Source: Longimicrobiales bacterium (GTDB lineage Bacteria > Gemmatimonadota > Gemmatimonadetes > Longimicrobiales > Gaopeijiaceae). Taken from it: a DNA stretch of 64,000 bases. Each line of letters starts with the position of its first letter. The stretch's first letter is position 1. The DNA is taken from assembly GCA_965202805.1 (NCBI GenBank), contig OZ241869.1, positions 2,528,001 through 2,592,000 of the forward strand, written 5' to 3'. Below are positions 43,001-53,021 of the stretch, piece by piece. Below the pieces are notes generated by a model. The model was not told where the DNA came from and searched no databases. It saw only the letters and a list, made by a program, of their open reading frames with translations. The position numbers and the translations under genes were made by a program.

Positions 43001-45769
43001 ATGAACCCGCCTTCCCTCTTCCTGATCGACGCCTACGCGCTCATATATCAGTCGTTCTTCGCCTTCGCCAACCGACCGCTCACCAACTCCAGGGGCGAGA
43101 ACACCTCCGCGGAGTGGGGCTTCCTCAACTACCTGATCCGGATCCGGGAAGAGTTCGCGCCCGACTATCTCGCGGTGGTCTTCGACGCCGGCTCGAGTCA
43201 GCGCAAGAAGCTCTATCCCGCGTACAAGGCGACGCGCGAGAAGATGCCCGAGGATCTGCGCGAGAGCCTGGGCCGCATCCGGTCGCTGCTGGATGCGCTC
43301 CACCACCCCGTGGTCGAAGTCGAGGGATTCGAGGCGGACGACGTGATCGCTTCGCTGGCGCAGCGAGCCCTCGCGCTCGAGGAGGACATCGAGGCCGTCA
43401 TCGTTTCGGGGGACAAGGACTTCTACCAGCTCCTGCGCCCGGGCCTGCGGCTGTTCCGGCCCGCACGCGGGGGACGCGCCGGCACCTCGGCGGAATGGGT
43501 CGACGAGTCGAACGCGAGCAAGCGTTTCGGGGTCCCTCCCGATCGCATCATCGATTACCTGGCGCTGATCGGAGACTCCTCGGACAACGTGCCCGGAGCG
43601 CCGGGCATCGGGCCCAAGACCGCGGTCAAGCTCATCGAGCAGTATGGAGACCTGGACGAGATTCTCGCGCACGCGGAAGATGTGCGCGCCAAGCGTCCCC
43701 GCGAGTCGCTGCTCAACCACGCGGACCAGATCCGGCTGTCGAGGCAGCTGGTGACCATGCTCACCGACGTGGACGTGACCTTCGATCTCGATGGCCTCGC
43801 CGTGCGCGCTCCGGACCGCGAGCGGATGCGCGAGCTGCTGCTGGAGCTCGAGTTTCACACCCTCCTGGAGCGCTTCGCGAGTTCGCCGGGAGCCGGGGGA
43901 CCGGCATCCAGGGAGGAGGACGTCGACTACCAGCTGGTGCTGGACGGGGCCGGAGTCGGCGAGGTGGTCCGGGAAGCGCGCGCGCAGGGTGAAGTCGCGG
44001 TCGCCGTACTCACGGCATCCCTCGATCCGATGCGGGGGCCCATCGCCGGGATCGCCCTCTCGAGCCGGCCGGGCGAGGCCCGCTACCTCCCGCTGGCCCA
44101 CGAAGCCGCGCTCGACCTGGAGATGGGAGCGCTGGCGGAGTCCGCGGCGTCGGCGAACAACCTGCCCGCGCTCGATTCCCGCGACATGGCCCCGCTTCGC
44201 GATCTGCTCGAGGACGCCGGGGTGGCCAAGACCGGACACGATCTGAAACACGGGATGGTCGCGCTGGCCGAGGTCGGCATCGCCCTCGCGGGGGCCTGCT
44301 TCGACACCATGGTGGCCTCGTATCTCCTCGAACCCGAGCTTCGGGGCCACGAACTGGACACCCTGGCGGCAAACAGGCTCGGCCTCGAGACCACCCGGCT
44401 CAAGGAGCTCGTGGGCACGGGGAAGAAGGAGGTGCCGCTGACCCGGCTCGGGCCCGAGCAGGTCCTCCGCTACGCCTGCGAACGCGCCGACTGCGCGGGA
44501 CGGCTTCGTGAACACTTCCGGCCCAGGCTCGAGGGACACGCTCTGGACGGACTGTTTCGGGATGTGGAGATGCGCCTGGTACCGGTGCTGGCGTGCATGG
44601 AGCGAAACGGAGTCCGCATCGATCCCCTCTTCTTCAGCGACATGAGCCGGGAGCTGGAGCGCGAACTCGAGCGGGTGCGGAAGGATATCTTCAGCGAGGC
44701 GGGATCCGAATTCAATCTCAATTCGACGCCCCAGCTGCGAACCGTGCTCTTCGAGGATCTGGGGCTCCCGGTCATCCGCAAGACCAAGACCGGGCCCTCG
44801 ACGGCCGCCTCGGTGCTGGAGGAACTCGAGGCGCTCGGCCATCCGGTGCCGAGCCTGCTGATGAAGTACCGCCGCATGGAGAAGCTGCGCAGCACCTACA
44901 TCGACGCCCTCCCCGGTCTCGTCCATCCGCGCACCGGGCGCATCCACACGCATTTCAACCAGACCGTGGCGGCGACCGGCCGGCTGTCTTCCAGCAACCC
45001 CAACCTGCAGAACATCCCCATCCGCACCCGGATCGGACGGGAGATCCGCAAGGGCTTCGTGGCCGCTCCGGGACACGTGCTGCTGACCGCGGACTACTCC
45101 CAGATCGAGTTGCGCATCCTCGCCCACTTCTCGGGCGATCCCGCCTTCGTGACCGCGTTCCGCGAAGCGAGCGACATCCACCGCCAGACCGCCGCCGTCA
45201 TCTTCGACGTGCCCGTGGACGAGGTGAGCCCGCGAATGCGCGACCAGGCGAAGACCATCAACTTCGCCACCCTGTACGGGCAGGGAGCATTCTCCCTGGG
45301 ACGCCAGCTGGGCATTCCGCAGGATGAGGCGCGGCGCTTCATCGACCAGTACTTCGAGCGCTTCAGCGGCGTGCGCGCCTTCCTCGACGAGCAGGTCTCC
45401 CTGGCCAGGGAGCGCGGCTACGTCGAGACCCTTTCGGGGCGCCGGCGCTACGTGCCCGAGCTGGCCTCGCGCAACTGGAATATCCGCGCGCACGGGGAGC
45501 GGGTCGCGCGCAACACGCCCATCCAGGGCACGGCCGCGGACGTCATCAAGAAGGCGATGATCGAGGTGCAGCAGGGCCTCGAGAAAGCCTCTTCAGGGGC
45601 GATGCTGCTCCTTCAGGTGCACGACGAGCTGGTGCTCGAGACGCCCGCCCGCGAACTGGATGCCGTGCGCGACATGGTCGTGTCGCACATGGAGAACGCG
45701 ACCGTGCTCGACGTGCCGCTGGTGGTGGATACCGGAGCCGGCGAAAGCTGGTTCGAATGCAAGGGTTGA
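43001..45769 (+). CDS. polA: DNA polymerase I
   Basis: 5'-3' exonuclease LFLIDAYA...EADDVI...GDSSDNVPG; TGRLSSSNPNLQNIP, ADYSQIELRILAH, LLQVHDELV. Confidence 0.97.
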   Translation: MNPPSLFLIDAYALIYQSFFAFANRPLTNSRGENTSAEWGFLNYLIRIREEFAPDYLAVVFDAGSSQRKKLYPAYKATREKMPEDLRESLGRIRSLLDALHHPVVEVEGFEADDVIASLAQRALALEEDIEAVIVSGDKDFYQLLRPGLRLFRPARGGRAGTSAEWVDESNASKRFGVPPDRIIDYLALIGDSSDNVPGAPGIGPKTAVKLIEQYGDLDEILAHAEDVRAKRPRESLLNHADQIRLSRQLVTMLTDVDVTFDLDGLAVRAPDRERMRELLLELEFHTLLERFASSPGAGGPASREEDVDYQLVLDGAGVGEVVREARAQGEVAVAVLTASLDPMRGPIAGIALSSRPGEARYLPLAHEAALDLEMGALAESAASANNLPALDSRDMAPLRDLLEDAGVAKTGHDLKHGMVALAEVGIALAGACFDTMVASYLLEPELRGHELDTLAANRLGLETTRLKELVGTGKKEVPLTRLGPEQVLRYACERADCAGRLREHFRPRLEGHALDGLFRDVEMRLVPVLACMERNGVRIDPLFFSDMSRELERELERVRKDIFSEAGSEFNLNSTPQLRTVLFEDLGLPVIRKTKTGPSTAASVLEELEALGHPVPSLLMKYRRMEKLRSTYIDALPGLVHPRTGRIHTHFNQTVAATGRLSSSNPNLQNIPIRTRIGREIRKGFVAAPGHVLLTADYSQIELRILAHFSGDPAFVTAFREASDIHRQTAAVIFDVPVDEVSPRMRDQAKTINFATLYGQGAFSLGRQLGIPQDEARRFIDQYFERFSGVRAFLDEQVSLARERGYVETLSGRRRYVPELASRNWNIRAHGERVARNTPIQGTAADVIKKAMIEVQQGLEKASSGAMLLLQVHDELVLETPARELDAVRDMVVSHMENATVLDVPLVVDTGAGESWFECKG

Positions 45770-45891
45770 ACCCCGGACCGGACCGGGACCGCGATCGGCT
45801 CATCCTGTCATTCCTTCGCCCGGACTTCCCCGCGAACGTCAGAGACGCGCGGAGGAATCCAGTTTCACAGGCCAAGGAAGGAGAGACGCCG

Positions 45892-46233
45892 ATGAGCCGG
45901 TCGGTCAACAAGATCATCCTGATCGGGAATGTCGGGCGGGATCCGGATGTCCACGAGACCCAGGGGCGCAAGAAGGTGGCGCATTTCTCGCTCGCCACCA
46001 ACCAGCGTATCCGTCGTGGGCCGAACGACGTGGAGGAGCGAACGGACTGGCACCGGATCACGGTGTGGAACAAGACCGCTCAGTTCGTCGAGGATTATGT
46101 GCGGAAGGGAGACCGGGTGTACGTGGAGGGCCGGCTCGAGTACGACTCCTATGAGCGGGACGGCATCACCATTCCGACGGCCGATGTCAACGCACGCGAG
46201 CTGGTGCTGCTCACCTCCCGCAGCGACGGCTAG
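45892..46233 (+). CDS. ssb: Single-stranded DNA-binding protein (OB fold only, no acidic tail)
   Basis: SVNKIILIGNVGRDP, FSLATN, TDWHRITVW, KGDRVYVEGRL; GAAGGAG RBS. Confidence 0.9.
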   Translation: MSRSVNKIILIGNVGRDPDVHETQGRKKVAHFSLATNQRIRRGPNDVEERTDWHRITVWNKTAQFVEDYVRKGDRVYVEGRLEYDSYERDGITIPTADVNARELVLLTSRSDG

Positions 46234-46317
46234 CGGTCCGTGGGATGAAGCGGCTCGAATGCCGGGGGGCGTTCGCCCACGGACGCGCCTGGCGGTCGAG
46301 GAAAGGGCGAGCGCCGG

Positions 46318-47178
46318 TCAGTTTGCGCTCCAGAAACCCGACAGCGAATCCCCGTGCGGGCTGTCGCGCAGCTTCTCGAATGCGCGGTTGCGAATCTGGC
46401 GAATCCGTTCGCGCGTGACCCCCAGAAGCACGCCGATCTCCTCGAGCGTGCGCTCCTCGCCGTCGTCCAGGCCGTAGTAGAGGTAGAGGATCTTGCGTTC
46501 GCGTTCCGTCAGGTACTTCTCGAACATGTCCTCCATGAAGGCCCGGCGGGCCAGCGCCTCCACATCCAGTTCGATGTCCGCGGCCTCCACGCCGGCAAAG
46601 CGTTCGCCGAAGCTGGAGCTGTCCCGGTCCCGGCGGTCGATGGGGGCGTCCAGGCTGAGTTCGGTCGCGGCCACCCGGCGCAGCGCGCGGATGGTCTCGA
46701 CGGGCTCCTGCATCTCCTTGGCGATCTCCTGATCGGTGGGAGAGCGGCCCAGCTCCTGGGTCAGCGCCGTGTCGGTGCGCGCCAGCTTGGCGAGGTTGGA
46801 GTTCTGGTTGAGCGGGATGCGCACGGAACGGGTCTGTTCGGCCAGCGCCTGCAGGACGGTCTGCCGGATCCACCAGACCGCGTAGCTGATGAATTTGACC
46901 CCCTTGTCGGGGTCGAATTTCTTGACCGCCTTCAGCAGCCCCTCGTTGCCGATGCAGACCAGTTCGGCCAGACCGAGCCCGCGACCCTGGTACTTCTTGA
47001 CATAGGAAATCACGAAGCGGAGGTTGGCGGTCACCAGCCGCTCGGCCGCCTCCATGTCCCCGGTCCGGGCGCGCCGAGCCAGCTCGCGCTCTTCTTCGGG
47101 ATCCCGGATGAGCGGGTACTTCTCTACGTCCTGAAGATACTGATCGAAGGAGTCCAGACCACGAGAGGATGAGAACAT
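46318..47178 (-). CDS. RNA polymerase sigma70 factor (RpoD/RpoS-like, lacking region 1.1)
   Basis: ANLRFVIS, GNEGLLKAVKKFDP.KGVKFISYAVWWIRQ, TLEEIG...VTRERIRQI. Confidence 0.92.
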   Translation of the reverse strand: MFSSSRGLDSFDQYLQDVEKYPLIRDPEEERELARRARTGDMEAAERLVTANLRFVISYVKKYQGRGLGLAELVCIGNEGLLKAVKKFDPDKGVKFISYAVWWIRQTVLQALAEQTRSVRIPLNQNSNLAKLARTDTALTQELGRSPTDQEIAKEMQEPVETIRALRRVAATELSLDAPIDRRDRDSSSFGERFAGVEAADIELDVEALARRAFMEDMFEKYLTERERKILYLYYGLDDGEERTLEEIGVLLGVTRERIRQIRNRAFEKLRDSPHGDSLSGFWSAN

Positions 47179-47322
47179 CCAGTGCGCGCCTACCGGGGGT
47201 GGGGTTCTACGAAACGGCGATGGCTGGCCCAGGAACAGCAAGTCAGGCAATGTAACACCGCCGATCCTGACAGGTCTACCTCTTGATTCTCTGACAGGTC
47301 AGGACCCGGTTTTGTTGTGTCG

Positions 47323-50300
47323 CTAGTGGAAGAACCGCCCTCTGCCCACGAACGCACCCCGTGAAGTTGCTCCCTGCGTTCCGGCCAGGCCGTCCAGCCA
47401 GTCGTTGAGGGAATCGATGCGGTCGGCAATCACATGGATCACGCCCTGCTCCTTCTCCAGCCGGCCGCGGCAGACCATGAGCCGCGCGGTGAGCAGGGCG
47501 CGGCGGCAACGTTCCTGGACCGAGGGAAACACCACCAGGTTGGCGGTTCCGGTCTCGTCCTCCAGGGTCACGAACACGATCCTGCCCGCCGTGCCCGGCC
47601 GCTGGCGGCACAGCACGATGCCGGCGACGGTGACGCGCGCACCGGCGGGGGCTTCCTCCAGGTGGCTGGCCGGGCGCACGCCCCGGTCGGCCAGCCGCTC
47701 CCTCAGCAGGGCGGCGGGGTGCTGTTTGAGGGACAGCCCGGTGGTGCGGTAGTCAGCCACCACCTGCTCGCCGGCGGAAAGGGCAGGCAGAGCCGGTTCC
47801 GGGCGGGGCGGTTCCGCCTCGCCGGGCGGATCGAAGAGAGGCAGCGGTTCCACCTGGTCCAGGGAGCTGATCGCCCAGGTGGCCTGGCGGCGGTCCAGCC
47901 CGGTGGAGGTGAAGGCGTCCGCCCTGGCCAGGCGCATCAGGACGGCCGGACTGGTCCCTGCCCGACGCTGCAGGTCGGCCGGGGAGCGATACCCTTCCTC
48001 CCGGGCCGTAACGATGCGGGTGGCGTCCTCTTCCCTCAGACCGCGGACCTGACGCAATCCCAGCCGCAGCGCCATGCGCGGTGGCGGGCACGCCGGTTCC
48101 AGGGTGCAGTCCCACTCCGAGTGGTTGACATCCACCGGGCGCACCTCCACCCCGTGCCTGCGCGCATCGCCCACGATCTGGGCGGGCGCGTAGAAGCCCA
48201 TGGGCTGGCTGTTCAGGAGGGCGCAGGCGAAGACCTCCGGGTAGTGGTGCTTCAGCCACGAGGAGATGTAGACCAGGAGCGCGAAACTGGCCGCGTGGCT
48301 CTCCGGAAAACCGTAGTCGCCGAACCCCTCGATCTGCTTGAAGCAGCGCTCGGCGAACTCCGGCTCGTACCCTTTCCCCACCATCCCATCCACGAACTTG
48401 TCGCGGAAGCGGTGGATGGTGCCGTAGTTGCGGAAGCTGGCCATGGCCCGGCGCAGCCGGTCCGCCTCGGCCGGGCTGAAGCCGGCTCCGACGATGGCGA
48501 TCTTCATCGCCTGTTCCTGGAAGAGGGGCACGCCCAGCGTCTTCCCCAGCACCTCGCGCAGATCTTCCGAAGGGTATTGCACCGGCTCCACGCCCCTGCG
48601 CCGGCGCAGGTAGGGGTGGACCATGTCCCCCTGGATCGGTCCGGGCCGCACGATCGCCACCTCGATGACCAGGTCGTAGAAGGTGGCCGGCTTCAGCCGC
48701 GGGAGCATCGCCATCTGCGCCCGGCTCTCGATCTGGAACACGCCGATCGTGTCCGCCCGCTGGATCATCCGATAGACCCCCGGATCCTCAGCGGGCACGT
48801 CCCCCAGAGTGTGGCGGACGCCGTAGTGTGCTTCCAGCAGCTCGAAGGAGCGCCGGATGCAGGAGAGCATGCCGAGCCCCAGCACATCCACCTTGACGAG
48901 CCCCAGCGCCTCGAGATCATCCTTGTTCCACTCGATCACCGTGCGGTCCTCCATGGCGGCGTTCTCGATGGGAACGATCTCGCACAGCGGCCCGCGGGAG
49001 ATGACGAAGCCGCCCGTGTGCTGGGACAGATGGCGGGGAAAGCCCTGGAGTTCGCGGGCCAGCTCCAGGGTCAGGCGCAGGCGCCGGTCCTTCGGGTCGA
49101 ACCCTTCCTCACGGGCGCGCTCCCCGTCCACCGGCTTCGACCAGACCGAAGCCATGGAGAGCAGCCGGTCGACCGTGTCCTTGCTCAGCCCCATGGCCCT
49201 GCCGGTGTCGCGCAGGGCACTGCGGACGCGATAGGTCACCACCGTTGCGGCCAGCCCGGCCCGCTCGCGGCCGTACTTGCGGTAGATGTACTGGATGACC
49301 TCCTCGCGGCGCTCGTGCTCGAAATCCACGTCGATGTCGGGCACTTCGTTTCGCTGGGCGGAAATGAAGCGCTCGAACAGCAGGTCGATGCGGTCCGGAT
49401 CGACCGAGGTGATCTCCAGGCAGTAGCACACCGCCGAGTTGGCGGCCGAGCCGCGTCCCTGGCACAGGATGCCCATGCCGCGGGCGGTCCGGACGATGTC
49501 GGCCACGGTAAGGAAATAAGGGGCGTATTCCAGTTCGCCGATGAGCGTCAGCTCGTGTTCGAGCGTCGCCCGCACTCCGGAGGGGATGCCCTCGGGATAG
49601 CGCCGGGCCGCGCCCTCCCAGGTCAGGGCCTCGAGCTCCTGCTGGGGCGTGCGGCCTTCGCCGACCCCCTCTCCGGGATATTCGTAGCGCAGTTCTCCGA
49701 GGGAGAAGCGGCAGCGCTCGGCGATCTCCACTGCATTGGCCAGGGCACGGGGATGATCGCGGAAGAGGGCGGCCATCTTCAGGGGGGATTTGAGATGGCG
49801 TTCCGCGTTGGCCGCGAGGCGCCAGCCGGCGGTGTCGATGGTGCAGCGCTCGCGGATGCAGGTGAGCAGGTCGTGGAGCCGACGCCGCTCCGGGATGTGC
49901 TGGTGCACGTCGCCGGTCGCGACCAGGGGCACGCGCTCCGCTTCCGAGAGGGAGGCGAGGTCCGCCAGGCGGAGGGCGTCGTTGCCCCGGTGGAGGCAGG
50001 TGGCGGCCATGAAGAGAGGTGCGTCCAGCCGCGCCCGGTACCACGCCAGCCGTTCGGCGAAAACGGGACCGGGCACCTCCGGCGGCAGGGCGATGAAGAC
50101 CTGCTCTCCAGCCGCCTCCACGACGTCCCCGCGGTGGAGCCGACACTCTCCCTTGGGAGCGCGCCTGCGTCCCCGGGTGATGAGGCGGGCCAGGCGGCCG
50201 TAGCCCTTCCTGGAGACGGGCAGGCAGAGCAGGGACGGCCCGTCCTCGAGGTCGAGGCGGGCGCCGGCGATGAAGCGGAGCGCGGTCTCGCGGGCGGCGT

Positions 50301-50529
50301 GGTGGGCGCGCACGACCCCCGCCAGGGTGTTGCGGTCGGTGAGAGCCAGGGCGCGGTAGCCCAGGGCATGCGCCCGCTCCACCAGTTCCTCGGGCCGGGA
50401 GGCACCGCGCAGGAACGAGAAGTTGCTGGTGACCTGGAGTTCCGCGTAGCCGCCCGTCCAGGCCGACGAACCTCCATCCGTGCGGCCGCCGGGGAGGAGC
50501 GCCGCGGGGTCGCGCCCGACCGCGCTCAC
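47323..50529 (-). CDS. dnaE2: Error-prone DNA polymerase III alpha (ImuC)
   Basis: YAELQVTSNFSFLRGAS, GRGSAANSAVCY, PDIDVDFEHERREEV, YGFPESHAASFA, LLNSQPMGFY. Confidence 0.95.
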   Translation of the reverse strand: MSAVGRDPAALLPGGRTDGGSSAWTGGYAELQVTSNFSFLRGASRPEELVERAHALGYRALALTDRNTLAGVVRAHHAARETALRFIAGARLDLEDGPSLLCLPVSRKGYGRLARLITRGRRRAPKGECRLHRGDVVEAAGEQVFIALPPEVPGPVFAERLAWYRARLDAPLFMAATCLHRGNDALRLADLASLSEAERVPLVATGDVHQHIPERRRLHDLLTCIRERCTIDTAGWRLAANAERHLKSPLKMAALFRDHPRALANAVEIAERCRFSLGELRYEYPGEGVGEGRTPQQELEALTWEGAARRYPEGIPSGVRATLEHELTLIGELEYAPYFLTVADIVRTARGMGILCQGRGSAANSAVCYCLEITSVDPDRIDLLFERFISAQRNEVPDIDVDFEHERREEVIQYIYRKYGRERAGLAATVVTYRVRSALRDTGRAMGLSKDTVDRLLSMASVWSKPVDGERAREEGFDPKDRRLRLTLELARELQGFPRHLSQHTGGFVISRGPLCEIVPIENAAMEDRTVIEWNKDDLEALGLVKVDVLGLGMLSCIRRSFELLEAHYGVRHTLGDVPAEDPGVYRMIQRADTIGVFQIESRAQMAMLPRLKPATFYDLVIEVAIVRPGPIQGDMVHPYLRRRRGVEPVQYPSEDLREVLGKTLGVPLFQEQAMKIAIVGAGFSPAEADRLRRAMASFRNYGTIHRFRDKFVDGMVGKGYEPEFAERCFKQIEGFGDYGFPESHAASFALLVYISSWLKHHYPEVFACALLNSQPMGFYAPAQIVGDARRHGVEVRPVDVNHSEWDCTLEPACPPPRMALRLGLRQVRGLREEDATRIVTAREEGYRSPADLQRRAGTSPAVLMRLARADAFTSTGLDRRQATWAISSLDQVEPLPLFDPPGEAEPPRPEPALPALSAGEQVVADYRTTGLSLKQHPAALLRERLADRGVRPASHLEEAPAGARVTVAGIVLCRQRPGTAGRIVFVTLEDETGTANLVVFPSVQERCRRALLTARLMVCRGRLEKEQGVIHVIADRIDSLNDWLDGLAGTQGATSRGAFVGRGRFFH

Positions 50530-52121
50530 GCGAAGAACCCGTGCAGGAACCAGCGCGGCGGGGCGGCGGGGTCGCGGGGTCGCTCGCAGAAGAGCCAGTA
50601 GCGCCGCCCCTCCTCGTCTTCAATCAGGTAGTAGTCGCGGGACGGGGCGTCCTCCAGCCACCATTCGCACTCCAGCCGCTCGGGACCTTCGGCCGCGCGC
50701 ACCCGGTGCCTCCGTCCACGCCAGCGAAAGAACGCCGGCGCGCCCGCAGGCTCCATCCCGCCGGGCTCGCGGGCGACGGCCTCCACCCGCTCCGGGGGAG
50801 ACAGCAGGCGGAGCGGCCGGCGGCGTCCCTCCGGCCAGCCCGGGCCGTGCCTCCGGTGTGCGGCCAGGGGCTCGCGGAGCTCGACCGCGCGCTCGGGCAG
50901 CCAGCTCTGGCGCGGGACCGGGCAGGCGATGTTTCCGAAACCGAAGCGGTTCCCCAGCCGGTCGACGAGGGCGGCCAGTTCTTCGCGGCCCGTCCCACCC
51001 TCTCCTCCGATCCATCCGCCGCTGCCCGCCGCTGCCGTTCCGGCCCGCGCGAACCAGTCCTCCTGCTCCTCTTCGACGACCTCGACCACCTCGGCGGACA
51101 ACACCATCTCCTCGATGCCGAAACCCGGGTCGATCCGCTCCAGCTTCCCCGCGAACAGGTTCATGAGGAGCCTTGCGCGGCGCAGAGGCCGGCTGGTGCC
51201 TGCCACCAGAACGGAACGCGCTCCATCCCCCCGGTGGCAGACGAGCCGCATGCGCCGCACGCCCTCGCCTGCCCGGCTCAGGATCCGGCACAGATCCCCC
51301 AGCAGGGCTTCCACCGCCGCGTGGATGGCGTCCACTGTCGAGACCGGCTCGGCAAAGGCACGGCGGGCCTCGCGCGGAAGCGGAGGCGGAAGAGAGATGA
51401 CCGGCTCCTGAGCGAAGCCGAGGGCCTGCTCCAGGCGGCGGCGCGGGGCGGGGCCGAACCTCTTCGCCAGCGCTCCGGGGTCGAAGGGGTAGAGCGTTCC
51501 GATCCTGTCCAGGCCGAAGGAGACCAGGGCCTCCACGACATCGGCATCGAGCCTGAGGGCGGCGACGGGGAGCCCGGCCAGCACCTCCTTCATCCTGGCC
51601 GGACCCGCAGACGGGGGCACGATGGCCGGAGACCTCTCCCCGTGGCGGGCCAGCGCCCAGGCCGCCCCGGGCGTACCGGCCAGAGCCAGTCGAGAGGTGA
51701 GCCCAAGCCCCCCCAACCCCGCCCCCAGCGCCGCCAGCAGCGCCTCCTCGCCGCCATGGAGATGCGTGCACCCCCCGACATCGAGGAAGAGCCCGTCCGC
51801 GCCGGCCGGCATGACCCGGGGGGTGAAGCCGTCCGCCCACCGGGCCAGCCGCTTCAGCGCATGGGCGTCGGCGGCGGGATCGGCGGGGTGGGCGATCACG
51901 TCGGGCACGATGGCCCGTCCGTCGGCCAGGGGCATGCCCGGCGCCAGCCCAGCCCCCGCCGCGCGCGGGTTGACCGCCTCGATCACCAGCCGCCCCCGCT
52001 GCTCGCCGATGGTCACGAAGGGCCGGGTGCGCGCCTCGGGACAGCGCCAGACCAGCCTCTCCACCGGCCACCAGGGGAACCAGGCGGCAAGGATGCGACG
52101 GGGGGTGGAAAAGACGCCCAT
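50526..52121 (-). CDS. imuB: Inactive Y-family polymerase ImuB
   Basis: GLAPGMPLADG, DGLFLDVGGC.HL.GGE, LVDRLGNRFG, RPLRLL.PPE, GPERLECEWW..RDYY, WFLHGFFA. Confidence 0.92.
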   Translation of the reverse strand: MGVFSTPRRILAAWFPWWPVERLVWRCPEARTRPFVTIGEQRGRLVIEAVNPRAAGAGLAPGMPLADGRAIVPDVIAHPADPAADAHALKRLARWADGFTPRVMPAGADGLFLDVGGCTHLHGGEEALLAALGAGLGGLGLTSRLALAGTPGAAWALARHGERSPAIVPPSAGPARMKEVLAGLPVAALRLDADVVEALVSFGLDRIGTLYPFDPGALAKRFGPAPRRRLEQALGFAQEPVISLPPPLPREARRAFAEPVSTVDAIHAAVEALLGDLCRILSRAGEGVRRMRLVCHRGDGARSVLVAGTSRPLRRARLLMNLFAGKLERIDPGFGIEEMVLSAEVVEVVEEEQEDWFARAGTAAAGSGGWIGGEGGTGREELAALVDRLGNRFGFGNIACPVPRQSWLPERAVELREPLAAHRRHGPGWPEGRRRPLRLLSPPERVEAVAREPGGMEPAGAPAFFRWRGRRHRVRAAEGPERLECEWWLEDAPSRDYYLIEDEEGRRYWLFCERPRDPAAPPRWFLHGFFA

Positions 52122-52135
52122 GGTTCCGGATCGGG

Positions 52136-52813
52136 TCAGCCGGCGCGGCGCGAAAGGTCACGGGCAGCCATCCCCACCACCCAATACCCCGGTCTCCCCC
52201 CGCGGCAGTGCACCACCTCCACGCGCCACCGGGTCATCCCGGTCCCCGGAACGGCGGTGACCCGCCACCGGCTGTCGGCCGTGGGTACCCTGACCCGCCC
52301 CGCCCCTCCTGTCCCGGCCTCAGGCCACAGTACCAGCCCGGGTACGCCCGAGCCTTCGGCGGCGAGCATCAGGCGCCGGGAGGCCGCCCGGTCAAGGGTG
52401 TCCACCTCCGCCACGACTCCTCTCAGGGCCCGGCAGCGCAGCGCCTCCTCCATGGCCCACAGCATGTCGGCCCGCCGCCGCAGCCCCGAAGCAACCAGCA
52501 GCCGCCCCGGTTCGATCCCGTACCGGACCAGTCCCGGCAGATAGAGGTCATCCCCGCGCGCCAGCCACAGGAGCGGCCCCGGGGCCCTGCCGGCACGCGC
52601 CAGAAGGACGGCGCAGAAACCGGTCGCGGCCTCGTCCCCGGCAATCTCATGGACGCACCCCGCACGCAGCCCGCCTCCGGGCAGGGCGCCATCGATTTCC
52701 GGGATGCCCAGCGACAGGCACGCCGCCCCGGCTTCGCCCGGAACCTCGATCCGGCGGATCTCTTCGCGCAGCGCCTCCAGCGCTCGCCGCTTCGTCTTCG
52801 GCACGTGAGACAT
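52136..52813 (-). CDS. imuA: RecA/SulA-like accessory protein ImuA
   Basis: IDGALPGGGL..G.VHEI, LWAMEEALRC, SRRLMLAAE, SRWRV; first gene of the imuABC cassette. Confidence 0.88.
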   Translation of the reverse strand: MSHVPKTKRRALEALREEIRRIEVPGEAGAACLSLGIPEIDGALPGGGLRAGCVHEIAGDEAATGFCAVLLARAGRAPGPLLWLARGDDLYLPGLVRYGIEPGRLLVASGLRRRADMLWAMEEALRCRALRGVVAEVDTLDRAASRRLMLAAEGSGVPGLVLWPEAGTGGAGRVRVPTADSRWRVTAVPGTGMTRWRVEVVHCRGGRPGYWVVGMAARDLSRRAG

Positions 52814-52821
52814 GGGCCGAC

Positions 52822-52851
52822 AAGATACCGAATAAAAACCGTAAGTGTCAA
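52822..52851 (-). promoter_or_regulatory. Sigma70 promoter of imuABC with an overlapping direct-repeat operator candidate
   Basis: Minus strand TTGACA-18 nt-TATCTT, only 8 nt before the ATG; CGGT-N7-CGGT lies across the spacer. Confidence 0.65.
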
Positions 52852-53021
52852 ATGGCCGGGGTCTCCAGGCCGAGGTGGTGCACGCAATCCCTACATGAGC
52901 CCAAAACCGAACCATCCCATCCGGAAAAGGGTAGGATGGACGCGCGGCCGGGTTTCTCTTCGCGTGTCGGACTGTAACGGAGAGGATCGCCGCCAACCTT
53001 GATCTCAGGAGCTTCCGAAAA

